Shown in pieces: positions 48,888 through 63,222 of a stretch of DNA of 64,000 nt. The position numbers were made by a program, and so were the translations under genes. The notes below the pieces were generated by a model, which saw only the letters and a program-made list of their open reading frames with translations, was not told where the DNA came from and searched no databases. The DNA comes from Podarcis pityusensis (Eukaryota). The stretch lies in NCBI GenBank assembly GCA_964106645.2, contig OZ067039.1; one strand, 5' to 3'. Positions within the stretch are counted from its first letter, which is position 1. Every line of letters starts with the position of its first letter.

Positions 48888-51800
48888 CTGGAATGAAACA
48901 ACAGCGGCTTCTTAAGAGGCCACACTACCGGAAGGTGCTGGGCAGCTGCTGCCCAAGCCCAGCCTGTTTCACTGCCATCGTGTGGAAATGGGGAACAGTT
49001 TATAAGTTTATACGTATGTGCCCCTTTCACTGCATTCAGCTTCATTTTGTCTCTCAAAAATCACAAGGAATTCTTGGAGCCTCCTCCCAGCAGAGGCCCT
49101 CTTTACAATAAGTAGAGGCGGCAGCTGCCCTCCAAGGCCAGCTCTCACACATGGACTATTCTGAGCCTGTCCCGTCTCCAAGGCCTGGAGCTCTTTGCCA
49201 TAATGCCAGTCTGAATTAGCTGGGATGTGGTCATGCACATTTGCTGTCTCTCTGCAAGTAAGAAGCTGTGCCCTGCAGCTGAGCTCAAGCCAAGCATCCC
49301 TCCTGCTCATCCCCACAATGCCCTAGGTCAGCTCAGCACTAATCTCTTCTGAAAGCAGCATCACAGTAGTTCCCTAGCAGGGAATCAGCACCCAAGACAG
49401 ACAGTCCCACTCCTCTCTGCCAGCATTGCACATATTCACACTTGTTTGCCTATTTCCGATCAGGGTGAGAAATCTAAAGGGGAGGGGGAACTCAACTCTT
49501 TTCCAGCCTGCCAATGGAACCCAAAAGCAAGCCTGAAACAGGGGTGCATTTTAAATTGTGTGTGTGTGTGTGTGTTAGCTACAGGAACTTTGCTAGCTCT
49601 CATTAATAAGTCCTCCCCATCAGAGTCTAAAAGGAGGGCCATTTATTTCCTCACTTCCCTTAGACACAGGGGCTAAGGTAAAACTTTTCACAATGGAACT
49701 ATAACCCAGCAGCAGATACTACTGACATCACTAGGACTGCAGCAGTGAAAAAAGAAATCTGAGATACACTGATGGCACCCCACCCCAGGAGCACACCTTA
49801 CATCACTTTTCCCTCCTTTGGAACATGCTAGAGATCAGCTGTAAACCAGGAGGAAGCTGTCAGGCAGAGCCGGATTATCTAAGCTTCAGTTTGGCACTGA
49901 AATGAAATCCCTGCCAAATGAGAGTCCCAAAGTGACACACATGTGAGAGCACAGCTTGCTTTCAAGAGAATGCAGATGAAAGGCTCACAACTGTGAGAAT
50001 AAGCTTTAAGAGCTCTTCTAGCCAACCTCTTAACAGCAGGACCTATAACTCAAGGCTCAAAAAACTAGCCAGTAGAGGACTAAGCTAGAAGGATGTACGT
50101 GCATGTTCTCCTCTCTTAGGAGCCAGCCAGTCCCATCATCGCTTTAGTTACTAAAGGGGGCCCTAGACAGGAAATGAGCATGAGTTGTCCCTTAATAAAC
50201 TGAGGCTGCAGAGCAGATGACAACTAATCATTGGTGTGCCCCTAAATTGCCCATCGACATTAGGCAAGCATAGCAGTAACTCAGGCACAAAAGGCGAGGG
50301 ATTGTAACAGGACAGGCAGAGAGGTGAGCTGACTTTCACATTCAGATATTCCACCCCAAGTAATGGCCAGAGCACACCTGATATGTCTTCCATTGTCTGT
50401 GCTCCAATCTCTCCCTGCAGCATCACAAAGACCTGCGAGAGGGGGGTGGACTCAGCCCCTCTAGGGCAGTGTCCCAAGGACGTCTGGTAAATAGGCTCCT
50501 TTCAATTAACTTGGTATTAATTATTCATTCAAGTACACCTCAAAATAGCAGAAAGCAGGATCACTAGCCAAAGGATCCTGTGCCCTGTCTTAGACCTCTC
50601 GGAGCCACATGGAGGAAATCACTGGCAGACAGTGATGACCTTGCCGACACCTAGAAAAGTGAACCCAATTGCATAGGTGTCCCAAGGTCATTCAATGACC
50701 GCACCCCCAGGGATGGAGTTTCATGACAGCCTCAGCAAAAACAGCCAGCTTATTACCCTGCAGAACTGGAGCTAGCAGTTTCAGGGAAGATGTATCTGCT
50801 CAACCTTTCTGTTCCCTGTTGTGTCCATCTTTTCAGAAGGAGAAGTGTAAAAAAAAAAAAGGTGGAATGGAGAAGAATAAAAAGGAAAAGGACAGTTGAC
50901 ACCACAGCCACAAGGGGAAACTGCTATGGAGAGCACATTAACAGCACCTACACATATTTGCTGTGCACTCGTAATATTCCCTCCAAACTAAAGGGAGATA
51001 CATACTTAACCACCCACCCTGAGGCACATTTGACAGGTCGCCATGACAAACATTTGGATGGCTCTTAGGACCATCACTTGGTGCAGCCAGACTCATCCCG
51101 CTTTATCTTTCTACCCCATCATTTCCAAAGGACCGGCTTGTGCACCAAGGGTGGGAGGAGAAAAGGCTCTACTAGAGGGCTATAAAACTATGTCACCACC
51201 ATACAAAGGGAAGACAACAGGAAACTTACTCTGGAAACTAGCAACAGAGAGATCTCCTGGGCCCCCAAAAAAGGAGAAAAGAAAAAAGCAAAACAAAACA
51301 AAGAGAAAAACATTATAGATGCAAATTTTCTTAGAAGGGTCAAGCAGGTGTTACTACTGCCACCTTCTGCTGGGCTGTGAGGTTAGTCATTCTGTCCCGG
51401 CATTATATGCTCTCTGAGAAAGAGTGCAGGACCAACTCATAACTTGCCATCCACTCAGCAACACAGATGCCATCATTCTCTTCACTAGATCAATAACTAC
51501 AGAGGAGAAGCCAAAGCTCCCCCTACAGCTTGTAACTGGAGTCTCTCAGAGATCCTTGCCATGCTGGATATAAAGCCATTCTGAGTACTGTGGTGACACT
51601 GGAAGACCAGCCTGATTACTAAACCATGGCTGCCATAAGTGAGTGGCAAATGCCTCAGAACAAAGTAGGACTAACATTCACAGAAGAGGACCAGCCCAGA
51701 GCTGCAAGAGAAGCAGTGCCTGCTGGATCCAATGTACCACCAATGCCAATCAACTTGATTTCCTTAGAAAAATCAATTTTACTCCTTAAAACTATAACCT

Positions 51801-52343
51801 GGTGTGCCATTGGGGATGCTTTCACACTTTGTCAACTCATGCCTGCTCTGGCCATATGCTGCTAAAATGTTTTGTCGCCTATAAATATACACCAGAGCTT
51901 TCTTGGTCATCACCTAGTGAACCAGTGAAAACAACCAGGGCGACCACAATTATATGGAGGTGGTGGGTTTTTTTTTTTTTAAGGTTTTGCACTCAAAAAT
52001 AGAAGATAGCTGGGTGAGGAAGTTAATAAGAAACTTTTCACCCTGAGTTTGCCACACACAGTTAAGTTAGGGACAGAGACAACTTATTTATATTACATGG
52101 CATCAGGAGCCCTCTAGCTCCCAGACATGCTGGGTCCCAGCAGTTACACAGACAGGATCCACTGGTGCCGATTATTGTGCCAACAGACAGCAGCAGTGTG
52201 GGGGCACCACAAAACAGGATCCTGCCCTTCTGGTACCAGAGTCAACAGCTAACCAGATTAGGATAATCTCAGTTACAGGACTGCATTTACCCACAAGCTG
52301 TATTGGCAAAGCAACACATCTCCACTCCCTATCCCCCACTCAC

Positions 52344-52428
52344 TCTGCAAGCTGGGGAGATTGGCATCTTCTGGCTTGGTTTTCAGGAGATGAGGAAGCC
52401 GTGTGTACCTGTATCCAAATCCACAGCC
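52344..52428 (-). CDS. RNF123: RNF123 coding exon
   Basis: cctgtag| 85 nt [28 protein letters not shown](K) |gtgagt. Confidence 0.97.
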
Positions 52429-52640
52429 CTACAGGAGAGGGGGGGAAGGGAGAAATGTCTGCTTAGAAGACCTCACGTTATCTCCCAACAAGGAACATGG
52501 AGACCCTCTTGCCAGAAGCAGGTAACAAAGTTCAAACAAGAAGTTAAGGGGAAGTTCAAACACAAGGGAAACCACTGGTTTTAAAACTACAAGCTAGAAA
52601 TTCTGAACAAAATGTGAAAGCGGAGGATATATGTTCTTAC

Positions 52641-52728
52641 TCGCCACAGTCGTACAAGGATCCAGTTGGTCTGGGCCCAGGGTCTTTGCTCGTAGGGGGC
52701 CAGCAGGTTCTTCATCATGGATATTCGC
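52641..52728 (-). CDS. RNF123: RNF123 coding exon
   Basis: ctggcag| 88 nt (Q)[29 protein letters not shown] |gtaaga. Confidence 0.97.
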
Positions 52729-52999
52729 CTGCCAGAGTAAAACAAACAAGTCAGCCAACCACCATGAAAACAGCGCCAAGGTTAAAAAGTGAGGGTTTGG
52801 GAAGGATTCAAGGCAAGATGTTTAGTTTACTTGAGAGGGAAGAATCAGAAGTGCAATGTGAGGAAACAAGGGGAGCAGCAGCTTCCACACAAAAGGGATT
52901 ATAAGTATAGGAATCATGCCTGGTTCAGAGAAGAAGAGAGAGATAATCCTCCTCCAGGACATATATTATTTTTCAGGAATGGTGAAACCAAGAACTTAC

Positions 53000-53087
53000 T
53001 GCAGTTCTGGAATCCTCTCTACAGCACGGAGTGAGTGTGGGTAGCAAACATAGCTGGCCAGTGCCTGCATTAGGGAGTCTCTGATGT
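53000..53087 (-). CDS. RNF123: RNF123 coding exon
   Basis: cattcag| 88 nt (D)[28 protein letters not shown](Q) |gtaagt. Confidence 0.97.
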
Positions 53088-53185
53088 CTGAATGTGGAAA
53101 CAAGACAGAATGTAAGTGGAGTAGGGATAATAGGGACATAGATTGCCAGAAAAATACTTCAGATATTGTGGTGCAATTGCATACT

Positions 53186-53442
53186 TAGGGTTGCCATACG
53201 TCTGGGATTTCCTAGACATATTCAGAATACTGCAGTGGGCAGTAGTGTCTGGGCGGAAATCGGAAAAATGTGCAGTAAAATTCAGACATATGGCAACCCA
53301 TGTCAGTAGTGCCATTGTTGCTGGTTTTCCATAAATATAGCTCAAATACAGCATTTTTTGTGATTTTTCAAAAGAAAAAGAAAAAGAAAAGCTCAACAAC
53401 TTTCCTGTCTGGATTTTCACTATGTGAAATATGGCAAGCCTA
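53186..53442. mobile_element. hAT-like MITE with TAGGGTTGCCA TIRs
   Basis: tagggttgccatac ... atatggcaagccta; flanks gcatact/gcttact. Confidence 0.7.
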
Positions 53443-53717
53443 GCTTACTACAGTTACAGGACTAGTAAGCAAAACAGGATATAAAGACAAATGTCAAACC
53501 CAAAAATAATAATTGAGTGCTGCAATGATCTGAGGTGTTAAAAACATTAGAAACAGACACCCTTACTATTCAAGAAGTATCAAGTAGAAATAAAATAAAA
53601 AATCAGCAAGCATGAGCTTAATTTTCTTTCCCCCAATCACATATGCATGTGCGCACGCATGCACACACATAACACCTACAGCCCAGCATGACCTCTGGAA
53701 AACAGGAGTTGCCTTAC

Positions 53718-53792
53718 CAGTTCCCACAATCCTTGAGTCAGCAAAGTGCTTGGCTAAAATGGCAGCGAGGTGAGTCAAAGTCTCTTCGTAGC
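53718..53792 (-). CDS. RNF123: RNF123 coding exon
   Basis: cttttcag| 75 nt (G)[24 protein letters not shown](D) |gtaagg. Confidence 0.97.
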
Positions 53793-55755
53793 CTGAAAAG
53801 AAAAAGTTCAGAATATCAGGATGCAGGGGGGAAACCCCCACAGCTATAGGATATAGCAGCTGCAGCAGAATGAATTTCTAGAATGAGCTTTAAGATTTAC
53901 AGAGAGAAAACACGGTCCAAGTATGGAGGATGGGCTACCACTTGTCTGAGTCTCTAGCAGGCAAGTCAGGAATCCAGCTTAAAGTTTAAGAGAATGATAG
54001 CAGGAAGTCTGCACAGCAGCATTTGATGTTGCCAACTTTACCTTACCACTTAACCAGAAGCATCGGGAGTAAGTGGGAATGTCCTTAGAAGTTCTTTTAC
54101 ACAACTGGTCAGAAAGCAGCCATGCAGGCTGTGGACTGGGTTCATCCCTTTGACTAGTATAGGCTTTCTGAGACATGCAGATAATCAATACAGGAGTAGC
54201 AGTTGTTGAATCTGATATAATTAGCCTGGACACTTCCCTACAATTACGCAAATTCTTAGCAATAATATACAGCAGTCCCTTTGTATTAGGACTAATACCC
54301 GCATAACACAGCTAAAATAGGAATACTGAACTTTGTTATGGAACAGCTTTGGGGTAAACAGAAGAATAAAGATTGGGGAAATTGTAGATGGGATGGGGGT
54401 TAAAAACCTATTCCCCAGTGCTGTAGCTCTGATCTAAAATCCACCACAAGCTTTTGACATTTGAGGTGGGGGGGGGTGGAGTGGACAATCCAATCACAGA
54501 TCTCCTGGTGTCATATCTGGTTTCATCCCCAAAATGAAAGAGATTGTGGCTCTCATAGAGTACCTCCTACAGAGAAACACAATATGCTGAAATACAGTGC
54601 CTCACTTCCAAAAAGCTTGCAGCCAAAAAGAAGAGCTCTTGGCAGAGGCATTTCAGATGGAGGAGTTTGGAATAACTATGAAATAAGAAAATAGATTTTC
54701 CAAACCAGCTTTCATAATTACATCTCCAGGGCCAGACTGCACAACACCTGCTCTGACACAATGACAGTATTTTCTCACCCTTCACAGTACTTCAAAAAGG
54801 AGGAAATGTATTTTGCATATATTTCCAAAACAACGTAACTGCAGGCTGAGGGCAGAAAACACAACACAATCCAAAATTAGGGACAGAAAACAAGCATAAC
54901 CACTGGAATTTGAGGAGGCAAAAAATGATGTAAGCAAGAAGGCTTAATTTGTATGCTTTGCTTGAGCAGTTCTTGATAGTCAATATGATGCAGTTATTTA
55001 ACCTAATTACGCCATGAAGTTGCATAGTAAGAATGGCTATTTTCTACATGTTTTGCTACTCTTGCCCTGCAAAATTGCTAAATGACTTTTATTGAAATTC
55101 TAAAAACTGTACACAAAGGTCATTTATGACCACAACTCTTCAAAAAGGGGATCAGTATAATTACCAGGAGCTGCAGTGTTTCAGGGTAACACCACTCAGA
55201 TGGTGTATAAATACTAAAAAGTTATTAGGTGTAAGGGTAGGCAGTCAGGCTTAATAGCCTATAATCAACTTCAGGATGCAGGGGCAAACAATGCTTGTTA
55301 TAGCTTGTACTAGGCATTATCAAGATGAGAAACCCAGTGACCCAGACTGTAGTTTTGTGTGTGTGGCGGGCAGGACAATTGTGTGGTCAAGTTAAACAGC
55401 ACCTAATGTGATTAGAAAGTTGAGTACCACTCAAGAGTATCCCCAAATTTTACTCAACAGTAGAGCTACTGAATTAATGAACGTGACTAAGTTAGGTCTA
55501 TAATTTCAATAAGTCTACTCTGAGTAAAGCTTGGTTGAATACTTCCCTACAACACAGCCAGCACATTTTCAAAACACACCTTTACGACCACGAGGGCACA
55601 TTAAGCTAAAGTTCTTTTCAACCCAAATTCTGTGCAGCGTGCAATATTCTGTGTAGAGTTCTTATCCCTTTTCTCTCACACACTGAATTCTATACGCAAA
55701 ATTACAGATGGTCCTGCTCAGAGGCCCTCTCCGGTTCCCTCCTTCTCCTCCTCAC

Positions 55756-55933
55756 CTGGAAGCTCTTCCATGCTGTTGACAGGACTGAAGTAGTTCTTGA
55801 GAGCACTGTAGCTATTCATAGCCACACTCAGATAAAATTCTGGCATAAAAGCAAAGAGCGAACCAATCCTGTCTCCATGCTCAATAGTGCGGATGCATAC
55901 CCGTAGCAGCCAGTATATATCTTGCATCTTCTC
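55756..55933 (-). CDS. RNF123: RNF123 coding exon
   Basis: cttttcag| 178 nt [59 protein letters not shown](G) |gtgagg. Confidence 0.97.
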
Positions 55934-55996
55934 CTGAAAAGGAGCAATTCCTAGTCAGTATGTATCTCAATTGGCATGAAATAATATACCTAAGTG

Positions 55997-56138
55997 CAGG
56001 GGCAGGGAACCTGTGGTCCAGCAGATGTTGTTGGACTCCAATGCCCATCAGCCTCAGGCAGCATGGCTAACCATCAGCGATGAGGCAAGTTGTAGTTCAG
56101 CAACATTGGGGGGGGGGGCACAGGTTCCCCACGCCCAG
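55997..56138. mobile_element. Palindromic hAT-type MITE
   Basis: caggggcagggaacctgtg ... cacaggttccccacgccc inverted termini. Confidence 0.7.
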
Positions 56139-56412
56139 ATCAGGGTAAATACTACTGAGGAAATAAAAGAAAAGGAGGTCAACAATTTTGTGCGAAAGCA
56201 GGAAAAATGAATATGAATTTACTACTAAAACGCAAGATTTTTCTTTAATAAAAATGAACTTTACCAGGATTTATTAACAGAAGTACAACATACAAGACTT
56301 GGGAAGAAATGGTACAGCTCCATTCAGCATTGGCCAAGCCAGAACTGGAATTTATGGCCCAAGCTTAGGAGAGGCACCTCACTGATATTATATGTACTAC
56401 TTTCCTTCTCAC

Positions 56413-56520
56413 CTTTGAATAAATGGTAACGTTGATCCAAGCAAGTCGGCGACTCAGGTGATTAAGTTTCTCTGAGAAAACCTTCTGACTTTTCACCAGT
56501 TCATCATGGATGTCTCTTCT
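56413..56520 (-). CDS. RNF123: RNF123 coding exon
   Basis: aattcag| 108 nt [36 protein letters not shown] |gtgaga. Confidence 0.96.
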
Positions 56521-57267
56521 CTGAATTGGACACAGAGGGTGGGGGATGAAGAGCAATGGTGCATATGTTTTCCTGCTTTCAGAAGCATGTACACAACAAG
56601 TCCAGTACTTCACAAAAGCCTTACCACAACCACAGGATGTTCTTTTAATGTTGAGGAAAAGCATGAGCTGCCATGGTCTGCTTCCCAAGGGGGTCATCCT
56701 TACACAGAGATCGGGTATATCATGGAGCCCCAGGCACACTTTGGCTAGCTACAATGCACACAACTTTTTACACCTAACAACATCCAAGGAATCTTAACAG
56801 GAGGCAGTCTTGACACCAGTTCCACATTAGACACACCACCACAGAAGTTGAGAATCTATTCCAGTGGTACCTTGGAAAGCAACTTCATTTAACAACTGCT
56901 CACACATGAACAGTGTAACACAGGAGACAAGAACTGATGCAAATTCATGACTCCCCTTCCACAAAGATAAAAACCATGTTTTGATGGAAAGGGAGCCATG
57001 ATCTTGCAGGAGTGTGTGGCTCTGAAGTTGACTTTAACACTCAAGGCGTTGTTGTTGTTTTAATCATTAACCACACAAAACAACCATCCTATTTTAGCTA
57101 AATGGAGAATTAGCCACCATTACTTCTCAGTCTGCCTTCAGAAAATCAGTGAGAGCAATAGAGTGCTGCTCAGCACCTGAATGATTCTCAAGAAAGAGAA
57201 CAGCTTGCAGGCAATATAGGCCTATTTTAAGGGAGAGTGAATATAACTATCCCCGTGTTATTCTTAC

Positions 57268-57351
57268 CCTCTTTGGGCATCGGCTAATCTTTTCTTCAGT
57301 GTCTTTCAGTGCCATAGCATACTCATTCACATCATCGGAAACACCTACCAT
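57268..57351 (-). CDS. RNF123: RNF123 coding exon
   Basis: gttttag| 84 nt [28 protein letters not shown] |gtaaga. Confidence 0.96.
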
Positions 57352-58086
57352 CTAAAACACAAATAAGGGTCAGTAGTACCAGCTAGAGCTTTTCTGTACA
57401 GGTTATAGCACATACTGGATTATTTTCCAAACACTTAACTTGTGGCAGCATCAATACATTGCAGGGCCCAACCCCACAATGAGCCCCTCCCACCAGTCGC
57501 TTTCCTGGAGACAGATTTTCAGCTGACAGCCTATAGCAGAACTACGTAAGATGGCAGCAGACAGACCCACACCTCTGAAGGTGGGAGATTGTCAAACGGC
57601 AATAAAGCAGCAGGAGGCAGGGCAATTTCCAACAGAAAATTGGCAACTCTTGTTCTGTCAGCCGCTATCCCTGCTGAAGCTCTTCTCCCTCAAGGCTATT
57701 CCCTTGCAGCTAGCCTCACTGCCGATCACAGATCCCTGCTTTGGGATGGAGGAAAGAAGTGGCTGCAAGCAGGATACCAGTGCGGGGAATGGGGATCAGC
57801 ATCCCTTCTCACACCTGCTACTTCTCAGAAGGAAATGCATGCACATCTATTGTGTTACTGCTGCGTGGTGGCCGACCATGTTCAGAAAGTGCAGGTCTGC
57901 CACCAAAGGGTGTAGTTCCACCCAAAAGCAGAGTGCAAGCAAGCATCGTGAGTTGGTATGGTGGCTGCAATCAAAAGCGCCCCACCCTCTCCCAGTGGGC
58001 CATGGTGTCTTTGTTAGTGTGAGTTCCAATCCCAGTTGTGCGAATGGGACAGGACTGAAAACTCCCCTGAAATGAATCCTGCTCAC

Positions 58087-58232
58087 CTTACCAAGCTGCT
58101 GGTGCACGCTGAGGTTGTACATCATGACTATTCCATCCAAGATTTCCAAAAGAGAATTCTCAGTGATTGGTTGTTCTGGCTCTTCGGCAGGTCTCCCCAG
58201 TAAAAGACCCTCATTTCCATGGCTGCCTTCAA
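58087..58232 (-). CDS. RNF123: RNF123 coding exon
   Basis: atgacag| 146 nt (I)[48 protein letters not shown] |gtgagc. Confidence 0.96.
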
Positions 58233-58711
58233 CTGTCATAAAAACAATGAAACATCCATCACTGTGAAGAAAATGGAACTAAGGCTGGTCTGGTATTCTC
58301 TCTTTTTTAACCATAAAGTTTTGTTAGCCTTTCTGTTCTGAAGGAAAACTTGAACAAACAACTACCTCAAGTCACCAGACATCTTAGTTCAGCTGGTTCT
58401 GTTTCGAGGCATATGGACTCTGCCTTTGAACCTACATTTATCCTTCTGAGCCTCATCATCCTGCAGTTTTGTTTACTAAAATAATTAAATATAACCTATT
58501 TAACACTGTTTACTCCCAGATCATTTGCACTGGCCTCACAGTTCTGTTGCTTAGAAAGCACATAGCTTGAATTACAATCGTAGTCCTTTACAACAAATCC
58601 AGGCATGGGCTAGCATGCTGGTAGAAATCCTTTCCCTCAGTTAGAAGGCAGAACTTCAGGCTGAAATTATCTATCTACCTACCTACTTACCTACCATTAA
58701 ATAATTATTAG

Positions 58712-58904
58712 AGGATCACAGAGCGATTCACAGCATAAAAATACAAAAATGCCTAATAACAAAGAAAACATTAACCACTATGACCCCACATTTGTTATCA
58801 TTTTGTAAACACCTGATCATGTTGAGAAGTCCAGTTGCTGTAATGATCCAAGCACTGTAAATGATTCAAGAGAGCTCTTATCTACGGTACCAATTATGAA
58901 TTTA
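58712..58904 (-). mobile_element. Second copy of the L2-tailed repeat at 14441-14661
   Basis: ggatcacag..cagcataaaa..ccacatttgtt..aaacacctgatcatgttgagaagtccagttgctgtaatgat..gctcttatctac..aattatgaattta. Confidence 0.6.
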
Positions 58905-59316
58905 GGATGGCTGAGAACAATGGAAGTCAGCTACAAGAGACTTGCAAGAATATTGCTACCTTCAGATCTGGACCATTGTTTAAACAGAAAATGTTAACAA
59001 AATTTACCCAATCCGTACACAATCTGAAAATGAAGGTCAATTTAGGAAAGTGTTACATCTGTTTACTGAATACATTAAAATTAAGGAACATGATTGGCGG
59101 CTACTCTCTTTTCATGGATTTCTTTGGAAAAACATTATTGGATAATATGTTTATGAATCTGGAATTATAATGCTATTTCTGGAATACTACCACTCCCTCC
59201 TCTCACCTTGTATCCTTCTCCCCCCCCTCTTGCTTTGATCTCTTCTGTCTTTTGTTGTTGTTATTATTATTTCTTTTTGTGTATTAGAAAGGCTTATATA
59301 TATACACACTACTCAC

Positions 59317-59509
59317 TGTCTTCCTCTGTCCGTTGTTCCATGTTCAACGTACGAACTTTAACTTTCTCCAAGGCACCTGGTGACCGCCTTGGAGTCATAA
59401 GGCTAACAGCTGCAGTGCTGAGAAAACGGTTAGCCCGCCCCAGGGTGGGTGAACTAAGCCAGCTTGGTCTGGCCAAGGCACCTCCGATTGCCAGTGCCGC
59501 AGCTGGACG
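59317..59509 (-). CDS. RNF123: RNF123 coding exon
   Basis: ttttctcag| 193 nt [64 protein letters not shown](I) |gtgagt. Confidence 0.96.
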
Positions 59510-61899
59510 CTGAGAAAAAGAGAGATTGAGAGATATGAAGTAATATTTGTTCAGCTCTTCCTCTAATGGGAAGAATCAAGCTGGTTTGAACCATGCACAA
59601 ATCTCCTTTGTTTTAGTTAGGCTCATTTGTAGGACAAGTAGCTGAAATATTTCCTTCTCACTCATTGTAACCTAGAAAAAGAACCAGGGTCTCATACAGG
59701 CAAGCATAGCACAGGCAGACATTCAGGACGGGAAAACTTTTACTAGAAAGCACAATTTGTATCCTCATTAGTTATTTCAATAGGGTGTTCTGAACTGACA
59801 CACTACCCAGTTTACACAATCCACACTGCAAAATGCATCAGCTTGATTATGCATCAGCTGATGACTGGAATCAATCTTTTAAGGGTCCAAACAGCAACTG
59901 GAGTGAAAGAATCAGCACTGGGCCAGACATAATGGCAATACTGGGCTATCCTGTGCTGTATAGTTCCAAATTCAAGGGGCACAATATTCTTTACAACATG
60001 GTCTTATCAGAGGGTGCAGTCACAGATGGCGAAATTGTGCTCACATTGACATCCCTGTGAACTAGCAGACAAGTATCAACCATTCAAATTTCCTGGGCCC
60101 AGCATGGGGTATCCTTCCATATTTTTAGGAGTGGGAAATCCTGACCACCTATAACCTTGCCCTTGAGAATCCCAAGGAGATAGAACTTTAGCCTGCAGTT
60201 TCTAAAGAGGAACACAAGACAAGCTGCAAGGCAACGTTTGCCCACTATGTGAAGACAAAAAAATGCAATTGAAGCCAAGCAAAACAAAACAACTTTTTTT
60301 TCTTTGCACAGAGTACTTTCTTTAACAAACTGAATCCTTGAATTCCTCATCTTATCAGGCCTTGCATCACATTGTGTCAACAGTTCTCAAAGTTCTCAGA
60401 GTAGTAGCTGGTCTTGAGTTTCCACTGAACTTTTCCTGGGGTATATATAGAAGAAGCCTGAAGCCTTAAAAAGCAGCCCCTGCCCAAGCTTTTCCCACAC
60501 TTTACTGTGCTCTACAGATTAAGTCACCAAGTCACTATGGTGGCTGCCCCTGCCAACCTTTGGGAACCATCCTTCCCCCTAACATAAATACCTGTTTTCC
60601 TGAGTTTTCTGCAAATTGCAGATCATTTGGAAGGGGGAATCTTTCTCTTCGTAGCAGGCTTTTTCATTAAGCAGAAGATGGAAGTAGAGGCTGACACTGT
60701 TTCTCATGTGAAGTGAGATAAGACCCACCCTCTGCTAGCAAGGGCAAGTGAAGTCTTGGGACAGGCCTTTTCTGTCATTTTACATCATGCTTTAGAAAAG
60801 GCAAGAAGTGACGGGATCCCCCTTCATTGCTTTCCCCCTCTATATGAGTTTGTGTTAAGTGATCCCCTCTTGCTCCACACCAGCCATTGGGGAAGGAGAA
60901 AGCAACAAGAAGGCCTCCACCCTGCTTCTTTCATTTCCAAAGTCTTACATGCTTCATGCAGGATTTTTGGAGAAGGCACTCACTACTTCTGCAAATCCTG
61001 CCATTTCCCCAAGTTCTCTGTGTATGCCAGGAGATTCAGGACAGGGGGCAGAAAAGAGGAGATTGGTGGAAACCATAAACAACAGGTGACAACTGTGTCA
61101 AATGAACACATGGGGCCTTCTATATAAAATCATGTTGCAGTTTCCCTTATATTTGTTTCTGATATTAGAACTTCCTGACTCAAACTGCAGAGTCATCACT
61201 ACAATCTTTGGCAAGCCCAGATCCTGACTCAGACGTCTGTGTTAGGACCAACAGCAACTAGCGCTCAATCAGCATTCTTGGCATTCTCAGGTTAAGAGTG
61301 TAATGCTGCTGACTAATGAGAAATGCAGAGCTGTTGGAGCTTTAAGTGACCATCAGATCTTGCTAAACAGAGAACTCTCCGTTAGCCTGCAAAATTCTGG
61401 GCCTGCAGTAGAACCAGCAGGGTTAAAATTAATATAAAAGACCTGAGAAAATAAAAAGGTATTTGCTTGGCACTGAAGGGCAACAAAGCAGGTGCCAGGC
61501 CAACTGCTTTGAAGAGAGCATTCCATTACTGGGGTCCAAACACTGAGAAGTCCCTCTCCCTGCTAGCCTCCCACCTCAGGTAACTTTGTTTTCAGAACTG
61601 TCCCCTGACCTAAATATGTCTGATTATAGCCTCTCAGAGTCAGGATTTTGGTCTGGATTCCGATGTACACTTTGCTATGGCACCATTAGACTGCTGAACA
61701 ACCAATACGTTCAACACAAAACTTAGAAAGGCGAATTTCTTAGGTACAACGCATAAAAGTCTCTCTTTACTTGCTTCTCCCATCCATTCAAAACAAATTT
61801 CTGCTTCCAGGAGGTTCAGTGCTCCTCCTTCCTTCCTTATAGACTCCATTGACAGCTGCCTAAGTTAAAACTCATTGCACATGGCATTGTTAGGCTCAC

Positions 61900-62006
61900 T
61901 TGTGCTGTTGACACTGCTGACTCTTCATCTTCATCAAGATCATCCATTGTTACCGCCTGAAGTTCTGCAGGGTCAATCAGAATATTTGCCTTTGAAGCAA
62001 GCTCAT
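61900..62006 (-). CDS. RNF123: RNF123 coding exon (most 5' exon in the window; gene continues beyond 64000)
   Basis: catacag| 107 nt (x)[35 protein letters not shown] |gtgagc. Confidence 0.95.
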
Positions 62007-63184
62007 CTGTATGAATAAAATACCAAATACATTCACTGCTAGGTATAACTACCTATGCACATTCCATTTACCACATGCCTTATTATTATTATTATTATTA
62101 TTCCCCATTTTCCTGGCGGGACTCAAAGCAGCAGTACAGCTACCAGAAGCTCAAAGTGTAACACATCAGAAGTGTCAATACTGCTACTGTGTCTTCACTA
62201 AGGCTGCAATCCTACGCACAGTGGGACTTGCTGAATTCAGTGGGATGTACTTCTGAGTATACATACATAGGACCACACTGTAAATTATCAGATCTGGTGG
62301 CAAAGGCATAGAAGAGGATCAACGCTCTGCCCAGCCATTTGTCCACTCAAAAACTCCCCCAAAGATAAAATATACTAGAACCTGTTTTTTTTTTTATTTC
62401 TCAGGAAGAAAAGCACCTGGAGAGGCCAAATTTGAGTGGAGAAATAGCTGGGAAAGAAAATGCTAAAGCATCTGTTATGCACTTTTTAAAAAAGGTATTA
62501 AGTGGCGTGGGATGGCCCATTGCCAGTAGTCATTCTATATAGACTTAGAACATGCTGTGAAAAATCAAACATGGTTGGGTATGCATTTTTGGGTACAGAA
62601 AGTATTGATCTAATGTGTAGAGACCTTTTCTATTCTAATCAATTCAAGAAGCTTCTGGAAGCTTCTCTGTGTGATACAAGCTGGTGCAAGCTGGAAGTTT
62701 GTAAGTGACAAGCAAGATACTATTCTGTCTAGAAACAAGCAGAAGATTCCGGATGTTTTGGTTATTCCTTCAAAGAAGCTGAGCAGCCGTTTCAAACTGG
62801 TTCTGTTCTCTTTTTCTGTCATGCTGACTAGAAGAACAGGCCAGAAGGAGCCCGAGTTTCTCTTTTCTTCTGGTGTGGTGGTTTGTATATAACATGCTTA
62901 GTGCTAAGGTTTCAGTCTTATTGTAAGTTATTGTAAGTTTAAGTTTAGTCTGCTGCAACTGGATTTCTTATGGATCGTGCCAACCTTGAAGACATATGGA
63001 TTTGTGACTATTATGCTCATTTACCTTCAGTAGTAAAGCTCTGCTGGATGAAGAATTAATTGCCTCTGGTCTATTTTTTGGGAATCCTGCAATGTGTTTA
63101 AGTTTTTATTCTGCTAACTTTACAATGAAGTCTGCTCTAGATCAATATGAGCAGTACCAAATAACAAATATGCTTTCTGACACC

Positions 63185-63187
<3 letters not shown>

Positions 63188-63219
<32 letters not shown>
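63188..63219. repeat. (CA)n microsatellite
   Basis: about 16 AC units. Confidence 0.95.
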
Positions 63220-63222
<3 letters not shown>

